Origin: Sulfolobales archaeon
Lineage (GTDB): Archaea; Thermoproteota; Thermoprotei_A; Sulfolobales; AG1
DNA: 64,000 nucleotides
Assembly (NCBI GenBank): GCA_038867615.1
Contig: JAWBYA010000006.1
Coordinates: 1 to 64,000, forward strand
Direction of reading: 5' to 3'
Of this stretch, positions 21,373 through 31,040 are shown in pieces (the stretch's first letter is position 1; every line of letters begins with the position of its first letter). The notes beneath the pieces were generated by a model that saw only the letters and a program-made list of their open reading frames with translations, had not been told where the DNA came from and did not search any database. A program made the translations under genes and the position numbers.

Positions 21373-21846
21373 TTGAGGCGATATGCTGTAAAAACCATGG
21401 TGGGATCCCTGGATAGAGCCTCCCTCTACCTAGCCATGGCGCTCGCACTCCTAGGGGTTAGAGAGGGTGTTGAGTTCTCCAGAGAGCTCGGAGCTGATCT
21501 CGAGGGATGCGATAGGAGGATCCTCAAAGCATCGATCCTAAGGGTAGATTACGACCCTGTAACGCGCAGCCTTCTACCAAGAGCAATAGCAGAGTTCTAC
21601 GAAAACACCGGTTTCGAAGCCGTAGAGGAGCCTGACAGCCTGGTGACAATGCTAACCTTCATAGCCCAGCTGGCAAGGCAAGACAGCATAGAATCACTCA
21701 AAATACAGCATAGGTTTTTAAGAGTACATCTAATCCCAACACTAGCCCACGCAGTAGAGAAATGCCAGGGCCTAAAACCATTCCTAGACATCGTAATAGA
21801 GGATGCAGACTATCTAAAACAAATGCTAACAACAGACTCTAGATAA
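21373..21846 (+). CDS. TorD/DmsD-like molybdoenzyme chaperone
   Basis: FYExxGF..EPD...LxF, QHRFLRVHL; directly downstream of the operon. Confidence 0.7.
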   Translation: MRRYAVKTMVGSLDRASLYLAMALALLGVREGVEFSRELGADLEGCDRRILKASILRVDYDPVTRSLLPRAIAEFYENTGFEAVEEPDSLVTMLTFIAQLARQDSIESLKIQHRFLRVHLIPTLAHAVEKCQGLKPFLDIVIEDADYLKQMLTTDSR

Positions 21847-22270
21847 AACAGACCCCACTACCTGGCAAAAATCGGAGTAGGTCTGAAGATTCAAATGCCT
21901 CTGCGTTACCTAATTTTGGTAACGCGCGGAATATCGAGAACCATTGTAGTGTTAGGACGTGACTGTTTCCTCCAAGAACTATTCCCATGCATTGGGAAAG
22001 ATCTACTTGGAATTAGTTGATATCGCCCTCAACTATGAATCTAATGCTGTTAGGGTTGTTCTATTTCCTCACATCCCCAAGCATCTCTTCAGGGATCTCT
22101 ATACCCTATAACACCTAGAGCCTATGTGTTTCTCTAGCTACCGGGCTTTAGTATGCTTCAAACCTCTTCTATCTAGCAGTGTGGTTAGGGTTATTCTGAT
22201 AGCTACTAATATTGTCTTTCGAAAGATACGGGCTTTAAAAACCATCTACCTCTTCATAAAACTTGGGATG

Positions 22271-23080
22271 CTATTTGCATCCTTCTCTAAGAGTTATCAT
22301 GGATATCCATATTCCGTTTGACACCTGCTCTGTTCGCGAGAAGTTTTGATTGAGACAGGGTTCGGTATTGAGCAGTCTGTGGTGGTGTGGTATGTGGTCA
22401 TGATCGCTTGTGAGGATCAGCATGTATATCTTTTCATCCTTGATCTCACGGATCTTCTCCTTTATAGCTGTGTGCCTCTCGTAGGGATCTAGGCCGATAA
22501 TATTCATGGCAACCGCCCCGCTTTTCAAGACAGTGTCTGAGAGACTCTTTTCTACCCTATCAGCCAGGCTGTGCATTCTCCCATGCTCGATATTTTCGAA
22601 GGCTTGAGATATTTTCCGCTCGCTAGCACCTGCCTTTAACAATGCATCCAGGATCTCTGGTATTAATACTTTCTCATCATACTCTATATGATCCTCCATG
22701 GCTTCGTGGTGAACAGCTGCTCTTGACGCAAGATCCCTCCCCCAGCCTTCTGTGATATAGGTTAGTGTTTTTACGAGATCCTTAAACCTATACTCAATCG
22801 TTAGATGGATATCTTCTAACTCCCTGATCAACATACGTCTTTTGGGAAAAGAACCCAGCAGGTCAGCAAGTATAGCCAAAGCCTCCTCATTCCTCTCATG
22901 GTGCGAGATAAACGCGTCCTTAAACTCCATATACAGCGGCAACACCTGCTCAAAAGGCTCCTTCTCACCCAGCATGTATGACGATGATGCAGAGAGTAGC
23001 AACGCGTTTAAAGGTCTCCTAAAAACCCCATGCTCCCTAACAAACTCATCCAGCCACTTAGAGCCTGCTCTATGGAGCAA
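22271..23080 (-). CDS. hemerythrin-like (HHE) domain fused to a DUF2249-like domain
   Basis: EH, HHxxxEE, H and HIxxxE..LIP pattern; C-terminal GLDPYERH..I....DHD. Confidence 0.6.
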   Translation of the reverse strand: MLHRAGSKWLDEFVREHGVFRRPLNALLLSASSSYMLGEKEPFEQVLPLYMEFKDAFISHHERNEEALAILADLLGSFPKRRMLIRELEDIHLTIEYRFKDLVKTLTYITEGWGRDLASRAAVHHEAMEDHIEYDEKVLIPEILDALLKAGASERKISQAFENIEHGRMHSLADRVEKSLSDTVLKSGAVAMNIIGLDPYERHTAIKEKIREIKDEKIYMLILTSDHDHIPHHHRLLNTEPCLNQNFSRTEQVSNGIWISMITLREGCK

Positions 23081-23127
23081 AACTAACAGCTCTTAAACAT
23101 AGTATCGCTTGGGGGGTATATATATTA

Positions 23128-23143
23128 GTTTACAGATGTAAAC
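23128..23143. promoter_or_regulatory. palindromic operator candidate at the hemerythrin-gene promoter
   Basis: GTTTACA-GA-TGTAAAC next to a TATATATA run; extra half-site GTTTACAGA near 23154. Confidence 0.45.
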
Positions 23144-23542
23144 ATAGCTATGGGTTTACAGAGAACATATAAGTTCTTCCACGCCATCCACTGGAAAGAA
23201 TATCCAGGGAGCGCATCCCTCTCTATCAAGACCCGCGATCTTAGCGATATGCACCATCCGCATCACGTCCACACAGAACTCCACAAACAGGTGGTGAGAA
23301 GAGCATCTAAGACAGAGGTTATGCTATTCTCCTACGAGGACTTATACTTATTTAATACAGATCCAGCTATGAGCAGATTTCAACATCGGTCTTGGATGAA
23401 AGGAGCGCGCCTCAAGCGGCTTGACGATGACCTTTCAGTAGATTGAGATCCTTGCAGGCTGGGCGTTAATTCCTAGGTATAAAGACAGTATAAAGACAAA
23501 GCTTCAGCCCTTAATGATCTATTTATAGTTAAACCATCTCCG

Positions 23543-23595
23543 GGATCAGCCCGTTGCTCGCATCACAGCTCAGAGCCGTCACCGTTCATCATTTA
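23543..23595 (-). ncRNA. box C/D guide sRNA
   Basis: Minus strand reads ATGATGA-ACGGTGACGGCT-CTGA-..GTGATG-CGAGCAACGGG-CTGA (C, D', C', D with 11-12 nt guides); TTTATAT about 35 nt upstream. Confidence 0.75.
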
Positions 23596-23656
23596 CTACC
23601 ACATCCAAGTTCTCTTCCTTCAGGCGGATATAAATTGGAGACACGGCTTAGGTTTG
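23576..23656. repeat. degenerate direct repeat, copy A (sRNA 5' half plus promoter); copy B at 25285-25356
   Basis: Shared ordered blocks CCGTC(A/G)CC..TCATCA, GTTCT, TTCCTT, GGATATAA(A/G)TTGGAG, GGCTT, GTTTG. Confidence 0.7.
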
Positions 23657-23663
23657 CCAAGCT

Positions 23664-25286
23664 ATAGCCCTGCTGTAGTGGTTTTCATAAAAGTTTATAA
23701 GAGTTGGTAAATGTTATAGTGGCCTAAGTAGGTTTGCCAGAGGTTGGGGGATAAGTTATATAAACCCTGCAAATATATTGGGGGAGGCGGTTCGGGTTCA
23801 AAGAGCTAGGGGGCTCTCAAAAATCTCGGCTGGAGAAGCCGAACTATGGTATAGAAACTCTAGCTATAATAATAACTCAGCTGGAAAACCCATGGAATAA
23901 GATCCCATGTATATGGTGATTAGAGATGCGGGGAAATCAATATAAGATCCTCAGCTATAAGATAAAACATAATTATGAGGTAAAAGATTTTCTAGTAGAG
24001 TATAAGCGTGTTCTACAGAGGGCTATTGATATTATATGGAATAATATTAAGTGGATCGAGAGGGAGAAGAAGAACTACTATTACATAGTTAAGAATGACG
24101 GAAAGCTAGTGAAAAAATACTATAAAGTTAAGAGGTTGATCCCAAAAATACTAAGATCCAGTTCTTTTAAGAGGAAATTAAGGGAGGAATTGTTGAGAAA
24201 CTGGGGATATGCTGCTCACTATATAGATTCAGCTATTAAGACAGCATACTCAATAATAAATTCGTGGCGCAAGAACTACTTAAAAGGATTAAGAAGAAGG
24301 AGCAAGCCCACTATTAAGAGAGAATTTGTGAGAATAAAAGAAACACTATACAGAGTTAAGGATAGTAAGGTAGTTGTTACGATAAAGCCTCAGAAGATCT
24401 ACCTAGAGTTCGATTTATCGAAAGCATGGTTTAGAAGGAGAGTTAAGGGACTTGAAATGGGAGAATTAATATTGAAAGAAAAAGAACTAATAATAACATA
24501 TAGAAAGAATGCTGAATCCCAGAAGCCTCAACTGAGAATAGGATGGGATATTAATATACACACACTAGACGGGTTCTCACCAAAACTTGGATGGATCAGG
24601 ATCAGCCTAGCCGAATTACACCATATCCATAGGGTTTATGAGATTAAGAGAGCCAGGGCTCAAAGTATAGCCTCTAAAAAGCCCTCTATTAAGAATATAG
24701 TCTCTAAGTACGGCTCTAGGGAGAAAAATAGATCTAGGGATTTCGTACACAAACTAACTACAGATCTGGCTAGAATGTTTCCACACACAATACACGGATT
24801 CGAAGATCTAGAGAAACAAGGGATGTATAGCAATTTCAAGAAACATAATAGGGAGATCTCTAAGCAGAACTGGAAACAAATAATCCGGAACATGAGTTAT
24901 AAGTCTAATATTAAACTAGTAGATCCTAGGGGTACTTCTTCAACCTGCCCCATGTGTGGGGATAGGGTTATAAAGCTCCGAAAGGGGCAGGTTGTAAAAT
25001 GCCCCAGATGTAATCTAATTCTAGATAGGCAATTGTGTGGTGCCATAAATATATACCTTAGGATGTGCGGATTTCCCCAGGAGCCGAGCACCTTCTACAG
25101 AGCGGTGATCAGAAAAATGATCCCTCTGTGGAAGGAGCGGATGAGGCTCCTGGGAAGGGTTACCGCGAATGGGGGAGAGGGCTGTGACAAGCCCCCGAGG
25201 AACCCAGGAGGGGGTGGGAGCCTGATGATCCCCAAGGGTCTAGGGCTGATATCTTGTGATATCAGCCACTATGAGACCCAAACCCC
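23664..25286 (+). mobile_element. IS607-type element (family B) with decayed tnpA remnant and full-length tnpB
   Basis: Left end ATAGCC..GCTGT..GGTTT(T)CAT..GTTTATA and right end CTATGA..CCC.AACCCC both match 62260-62610; a frameshifted SAGK..GIRSH remnant of the IS607 TnpA C-terminus lies near 23878-23908. Confidence 0.75.
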
Positions 25287-25308
25287 GTCGCCAGTCATCA
25301 CGTTCTAA
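23926..25308 (+). CDS. tnpB: RNA-guided endonuclease TnpB
   Basis: RuvC-I GWDIN, RuvC-II FEDL, TSSTCPMCG...CPRC zinc ribbon, DRQLCGAINI. Confidence 0.9.
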   Translation: MRGNQYKILSYKIKHNYEVKDFLVEYKRVLQRAIDIIWNNIKWIEREKKNYYYIVKNDGKLVKKYYKVKRLIPKILRSSSFKRKLREELLRNWGYAAHYIDSAIKTAYSIINSWRKNYLKGLRRRSKPTIKREFVRIKETLYRVKDSKVVVTIKPQKIYLEFDLSKAWFRRRVKGLEMGELILKEKELIITYRKNAESQKPQLRIGWDINIHTLDGFSPKLGWIRISLAELHHIHRVYEIKRARAQSIASKKPSIKNIVSKYGSREKNRSRDFVHKLTTDLARMFPHTIHGFEDLEKQGMYSNFKKHNREISKQNWKQIIRNMSYKSNIKLVDPRGTSSTCPMCGDRVIKLRKGQVVKCPRCNLILDRQLCGAINIYLRMCGFPQEPSTFYRAVIRKMIPLWKERMRLLGRVTANGGEGCDKPPRNPGGGGSLMIPKGLGLISCDISHYETQTPSPVITF

Positions 25309-25356
25309 GGTTCTATTTCCTTGGGCAGGATATAAGTTGGAGTATAGGCTTGTTTG
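25285..25356. repeat. degenerate direct repeat, copy B (orphan C box, guide and promoter on the minus strand)
   Basis: Minus strand GTGATGA-CTGGCGACGG is cut off by the element end; aligns with 23576-23656. Confidence 0.7.
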
Positions 25357-25407
25357 TGGGCTTCTGTTGATTGGGAAGTCCTTAATATCTCAATAGCTTA
25401 AACCTCT

Positions 25408-26280
25408 TTGGTGACCATGGAGGCTTTCTTTAGAAGTGTTTTGGTTATAGCTAGGTATGAGGTTAGGAGGGCTCTTGCTAGGAAGAAGGTTCTTGCTGGT
25501 GTGCTCCTCATAGTGGCTTCACAGATTCTTGGTGTATATGCGTATTCAGAGATCCTGAGGACTGTGAGGACTGTGAGGACTGCGGGATTGCCTATGGCTC
25601 CTGAGCCTTCGCTCGCATGGATCTTCTCCTACTTCCTCCCATCCTATTTCCTCTCAGGTCTTGCGGCCCTCATAGCATCTGGATCTTTTTCTGAGGAGTT
25701 TGAGAAGGGGCACTCGGAGCTTCTCTTCACGAAGCCTGTTACAAGGCTTGAGATCTTTTTGGGAAAGCTTCTCGGGGGGTACGGGTTGCAGGCTTTCTTC
25801 GTAGTACTCTTCCTCATATTATCGCTCATAGCTTCATCCATAGCTTTCGGTCCGCAGAGTGAAGTTGGCCTGGCGCCAGAGATCCTGGTTGCTAATATCT
25901 ATTCCAACATGGTTTTCTTCTCAATAGCAATGGCTCTCAGCATCATCACTAAGAACACTCTTATATCGAGCACAGTACCCCTAGCCCTGCTCCTCTTCCT
26001 CCCATTTATAAGCGGGATCCTGATCTTTCTTGAGAGGAGCACAGGGGCTAGCTACTCCCTCCTTGTTAGACTACTCCCAACATGGGGTTCTCTCCTACAG
26101 GCATACATAATACCAGCAGAGATCCTCCAGAAGGCTTTCATAGTATCACCACTCGTCTTAGCCCTCTACGGCTACGGCGACCCTCTAGGAGCAGCTATAT
26201 CTGTCGCGGGCTACTCGATCCTCTTCTTCTCAATATCCCTCCTAAAAATCCTCTACGAGGATATACCGAGAAGATCCTAG
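25408..26280 (+). CDS. ABC-2 type transporter permease
   Basis: EEFEKG..LLFTKPVTR.EIFLGKLL motif, about 6 TM helices. Confidence 0.8.
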   Translation: MVTMEAFFRSVLVIARYEVRRALARKKVLAGVLLIVASQILGVYAYSEILRTVRTVRTAGLPMAPEPSLAWIFSYFLPSYFLSGLAALIASGSFSEEFEKGHSELLFTKPVTRLEIFLGKLLGGYGLQAFFVVLFLILSLIASSIAFGPQSEVGLAPEILVANIYSNMVFFSIAMALSIITKNTLISSTVPLALLLFLPFISGILIFLERSTGASYSLLVRLLPTWGSLLQAYIIPAEILQKAFIVSPLVLALYGYGDPLGAAISVAGYSILFFSISLLKILYEDIPRRS

Positions 26281-27224
26281 ATCCTGCTTCTAAGATACTC
26301 AACCACAGCCTCGAAACCCCTAGACACTACCCCGGGATCTATCTGGGCTCCCGCCACATGCGGATGCCCCCCGCCCCCAAGCTTCCAAGCGATCTCAGCA
26401 CAGTTGATATTCTCAGAACCCCTCGCTATAATCACAGCCCCGTTCTTATACACAACAAATGCTAGATCGTATCCCCTTCTACCACTCTCCCTCACAGCTA
26501 TTCTAGAACCAACCACAGGGTCTGAGATGATCACTAGGGCCTTATAACCGCCTATAACAACCTCGCGGGAGTTGTTCCTAATATCCTCAATAGCTTTTCT
26601 CTTCCTCTCAATAGCCAGAGCCCATTTGCTATCAACCTCATAATCCCAGAAAACGCCTTTCGAGAATTTGAGGGCGAGTCTCTTGAGGAAAGCCTTATCG
26701 CCTTCAGCATAGAGGCTATATCTAATAGTATCTGTGAGGGGTTCGGAGAGCGGGTGTCTAAACAACCCGTAATCAGTATCTCTCGATAATTCTAGAAGGG
26801 GCTTTAAGGCCGGGTCGCTCTCCACGTTAAAGAACCTAGCCATATTCTCAGTAGCTGTTCTAGACCTATCTATATAGAGATCTATATAGCCGAGTCTCTC
26901 TGCAAAGGATAATACCTCATCCCTCCACACATGATGATCCACCCACGAGATCTTCTTAGAAGGACAGCCCACCAGGGATTCCGCGAGGATCTCTATATGC
27001 CTCTTACCAGGGTTGAGATCAGATATAAGGATCTCTATAGAACCATTGGATCTGCAGCTCTTCCTAAGCAGCCTACCAAGATCCGCCCAAGCGCTGAGAT
27101 CATAGCCAACTAGGTATAGCCTCCTAGAACCCGTGTTTCTAAGAGCTATAGCAGCAGATCCAATACCATCTACATCCTCCTCGTGAGAGACTATATATAC
27201 CTGACCCGAGACAGCTCCCACCAC
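26277..27224 (-). CDS. DHH/DHHA1 family phosphoesterase
   Basis: H..DVDG, SDL, VDHH, GGGGHPHVAGA. Confidence 0.85.
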   Translation of the reverse strand: MVGAVSGQVYIVSHEEDVDGIGSAAIALRNTGSRRLYLVGYDLSAWADLGRLLRKSCRSNGSIEILISDLNPGKRHIEILAESLVGCPSKKISWVDHHVWRDEVLSFAERLGYIDLYIDRSRTATENMARFFNVESDPALKPLLELSRDTDYGLFRHPLSEPLTDTIRYSLYAEGDKAFLKRLALKFSKGVFWDYEVDSKWALAIERKRKAIEDIRNNSREVVIGGYKALVIISDPVVGSRIAVRESGRRGYDLAFVVYKNGAVIIARGSENINCAEIAWKLGGGGHPHVAGAQIDPGVVSRGFEAVVEYLRSRI

Positions 27225-27340
27225 ACAGGCTCTCCAGCAATATTAACACACAATATATATACATGTTTTTTAACTAGTCTATGATAAAAATCTTTCAACC
27301 ATCTGTAAAGCTTTTTAAGCCTGGTAAGCAATGCATCTTG

Positions 27341-29134
27341 GTGATTCCTTTTGGTGATGCCCTCGGAACTCGGGGTGACGGACATGGAAATTCAGTAAAG
27401 ATAAGAGCAGCCGACGCTCTAGTAAAGGCTATGAAGAACTTAGGAGTTAGACACGTCTTCGGAATACCTGGAGGAAGCATAATGCCTGTATACGATGCCC
27501 TCTACGATGCCGAAGATATAAAGCACTATCTATTCAAACACGAGCAGGGAGCCATACATGCTGCAGACGCCTATGGAAGGATCACTAAGAAGCCAGGGGT
27601 AGTGCTTGTAACAAGCGGGCCTGGAGCCACAAACCTCGTTACAGGGCTAGCCAACGCCTATATGGATAGCTCCCCCCTGGTCGCTATAAGCGGGCAGGTT
27701 GCAACACCCATCCTCGGTAGAGACGGGTTCCAGGAGACAGATATAATCGGGGTAACATTCCCAATAACAAAGCTCAACATGCAGGTGAGATCTCCTGACG
27801 ATGTTGTGAGCGCCTTCACAACAGGCTATATAGTCTCTACCGAGGGGAGACCGGGCCCTGTCTTGATAGACATACCAAGAGACGTTCTTCTCGGTAGCAC
27901 CGGATCTATAGAGCCTATACCCAAGATCCATCCCAAGACCTTCGGGGGAGAGCCGAGCAGGGAGGAGATTCTAAAAGCCCTCAGGCTCCTCCTCAACGCT
28001 GAGAGACCAGTGATCCTTGTTGGTGGGGGTGTGTGCTGGAGCGGTGCTTGGGATGATGTGATAACCCTTGCAGAGATCCTCTGGGCACCGATTGTCTCCA
28101 CATTTCCCGGGAAGAACTGTGTGCCCAACGATCACCCACTCTACCTAGGCCCCTCAGGAATGCATGGAAGGCTTGAGGCCGACGCAGCCCTAGCCAACGC
28201 TGATGTAGTGCTAGCAGTTGGTACTAGGTTTAGCGATAGAACTGTAGGTAGGTTTAAGGAGATGAATATGAAGACCATAATACACATAGATATAGATCCC
28301 AGCGAGATTGGTAAGAACGTTAGAACAGAGGTCGGGATCGTTTCAGACGCTAAGAAAGCTCTAAAAGCGATGCTCAGAGAACTCCCCTCAGCAATCCAGG
28401 AAGAGTATAACAGACAACACAGCGGTAGGAGAAGCTTCATCGCATGGCTAAAAGAGATCAGGAGAAAATACGAAGAACATATAGAAGCCAGGGTTGGGAG
28501 TATGAAGCCATTCGCGCCATGGAAGGTGCTCAAAGTGCTTAGAAGAACAGTCCCCCCAAGCACAATAGTAACCACCGGGGTTGGGAGTCACCAGATGTGG
28601 TGCGAGCTCCACTGGGATGTCTATATCCCGGGGACGTTTATAACGAGCGCCGGGCTCGGGACAATGGGTTTCGGGCTGCCGGCAGCATTAGGCGCTAAGA
28701 TCGCTGCTAGTAATAGGCCTGTTATGCTCATAGACGGCGACGGATCTTTCCAGATGACTATGAACAACCTATCCCTAGTAAGAGACTACGGGTTACCCAT
28801 AATAGCTGTTATCTTTGACAACAGGGCTCTGATGCTTGTGAAACAATGGCAGATCTATATGTACTCCAGAAGAGTTATAGCAACAGAGTTCACCAAAAAC
28901 CCCGACTTCGTAAAAATAGCCGAGGCGTACGGGATAGAGGGTTATAGACCCTCATCATACGAAGAGATCGAGAGCATAGTTAGGAGGGCTTTGAGAACAG
29001 ACGAGCCTGTAATTATAGACATAGAGCTTGATAATGAGAAGGACATAGTCCTCCCATGGGTAAAGCCCGGGGAGTGGCTTACAAACGCAGTACCGCCTGA
29101 GGGGTTAGAGGTGGATCTGGTTTGGAGAGGGTGA
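27341..29134 (+). CDS. ilvB: acetolactate synthase large subunit (start uncertain)
   Basis: FGIPGG, HEQGA, TSGPGATN, FQETD, GLGTMGFGLP, GDGSFQM. Confidence 0.92.
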   Translation: MIPFGDALGTRGDGHGNSVKIRAADALVKAMKNLGVRHVFGIPGGSIMPVYDALYDAEDIKHYLFKHEQGAIHAADAYGRITKKPGVVLVTSGPGATNLVTGLANAYMDSSPLVAISGQVATPILGRDGFQETDIIGVTFPITKLNMQVRSPDDVVSAFTTGYIVSTEGRPGPVLIDIPRDVLLGSTGSIEPIPKIHPKTFGGEPSREEILKALRLLLNAERPVILVGGGVCWSGAWDDVITLAEILWAPIVSTFPGKNCVPNDHPLYLGPSGMHGRLEADAALANADVVLAVGTRFSDRTVGRFKEMNMKTIIHIDIDPSEIGKNVRTEVGIVSDAKKALKAMLRELPSAIQEEYNRQHSGRRSFIAWLKEIRRKYEEHIEARVGSMKPFAPWKVLKVLRRTVPPSTIVTTGVGSHQMWCELHWDVYIPGTFITSAGLGTMGFGLPAALGAKIAASNRPVMLIDGDGSFQMTMNNLSLVRDYGLPIIAVIFDNRALMLVKQWQIYMYSRRVIATEFTKNPDFVKIAEAYGIEGYRPSSYEEIESIVRRALRTDEPVIIDIELDNEKDIVLPWVKPGEWLTNAVPPEGLEVDLVWRG

Positions 29135-29349
29135 TAAAAATAGGGGCTTGCATGGGTATGGATTCTCTCGCAAGGGTGATAAACACTATTAGAAGGGGGA
29201 AGGTGCAGGTGCTAGAGGTCTCGTCGAAACTAGGATCTAACGGCGATATAAACATAGTGATAAGGGTTAGGGGCGAGGAGAGCGAGATAGAGTGGATCAG
29301 GAAAAAAATATTAGTCCTGGTAGACGTAACCAGTGTTGAGGTGCTCTAG
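29122..29349 (+). CDS. ACT-domain acetolactate synthase small subunit
   Basis: 75 aa ACT-like protein (LARVINTIRR...LVDV) between ilvB and ilvC. Confidence 0.7.
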   Translation: MERVIKIGACMGMDSLARVINTIRRGKVQVLEVSSKLGSNGDINIVIRVRGEESEIEWIRKKILVLVDVTSVEVL

Positions 29350-30316
<967 letters not shown>

Positions 30317-30336
<20 letters not shown>

Positions 30337-30607
30337 CTCGGGATCCCTTTATCCCGAGTAGCCTGTTCCTAATAATCTTTATAGCTCTCCACCAGCTATA
30401 GAGCCACACAGCCGTTAGGATAACCCCGTATAACCCTATCGATAGCTCTCTAAAGGGCGATGATAGATCTAAGAGGATCCTTACACCATAGCTCAAGAGC
30501 AATATATATATGATAAGTATAGCTAAGCCTGATGCATATATTGCGAGGAGGTTTCTCAAGGCTAGGGCTAGTCTAGAGAGATCTATCTCTCTATTGGTAT
30601 TCATCAC
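30317..30607 (-). CDS. small two-TM hypothetical membrane protein
   Basis: ORF directly downstream of Alba with two hydrophobic segments. Confidence 0.55.
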
Positions 30608-30612
30608 ACCAC

Positions 30613-30894
30613 CTAGATCTTCCTCGAAACCTTTATCTCTATATAGGAGATCCTCTTATTCCTCTTAGTATATGTCGACCCTATGCTCACATCCCTAAGC
30701 TCTAAAGCGTTCCCCAGCCTATCCCTAAGGATATTATAGACAGTAACAGCCTTCGGTATATTCTTACTCCTACCAATTATAGTTATATTATCGCTACCCT
30801 GGTTCATCCTAACTATTATGTCAAGCGCATATCTATAAGGCCTCTCCCTACCAATAACGATAACCTCCTCCCTGGCAGAACTCATAGCAACCAT
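30613..30894 (-). CDS. Alba family (Alba2-like) nucleic-acid-binding protein
   Basis: VIG....Y.L...I.GR..NI.KAV...IGS...ISYIEIKV. Confidence 0.8.
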   Translation of the reverse strand: MVAMSSAREEVIVIGRERPYRYALDIIVRMNQGSDNITIIGRSKNIPKAVTVYNILRDRLGNALELRDVSIGSTYTKRNKRISYIEIKVSRKI

Positions 30895-31040
30895 TTACAA
30901 CCCCACCATATTATTATTCCACATATTATAACCTTCAACTCTCCCCAACCGTGGAAGGATCTTGTAGGGAGTGTTGAGACAAGCCTGCTGAGAACCAATG
31001 CTTACTAGCCCCAGAGCCCTAACTCTACGGGGTCTGCTAG

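Noticed and set aside
23390-23450. GGATGA...TTGA-CGATGA...TTGA C/D-like pattern and the 98-aa ORF at 23150-23446
   Set aside because: Non-canonical boxes, irregular spacing and no recognisable protein motif.
23649-23739. 11-bp direct repeat TAGGTTTGCCA straddling the proposed left end
   Set aside because: Unexplained; it adds uncertainty to the left boundary but is not a target-site duplication of the element.
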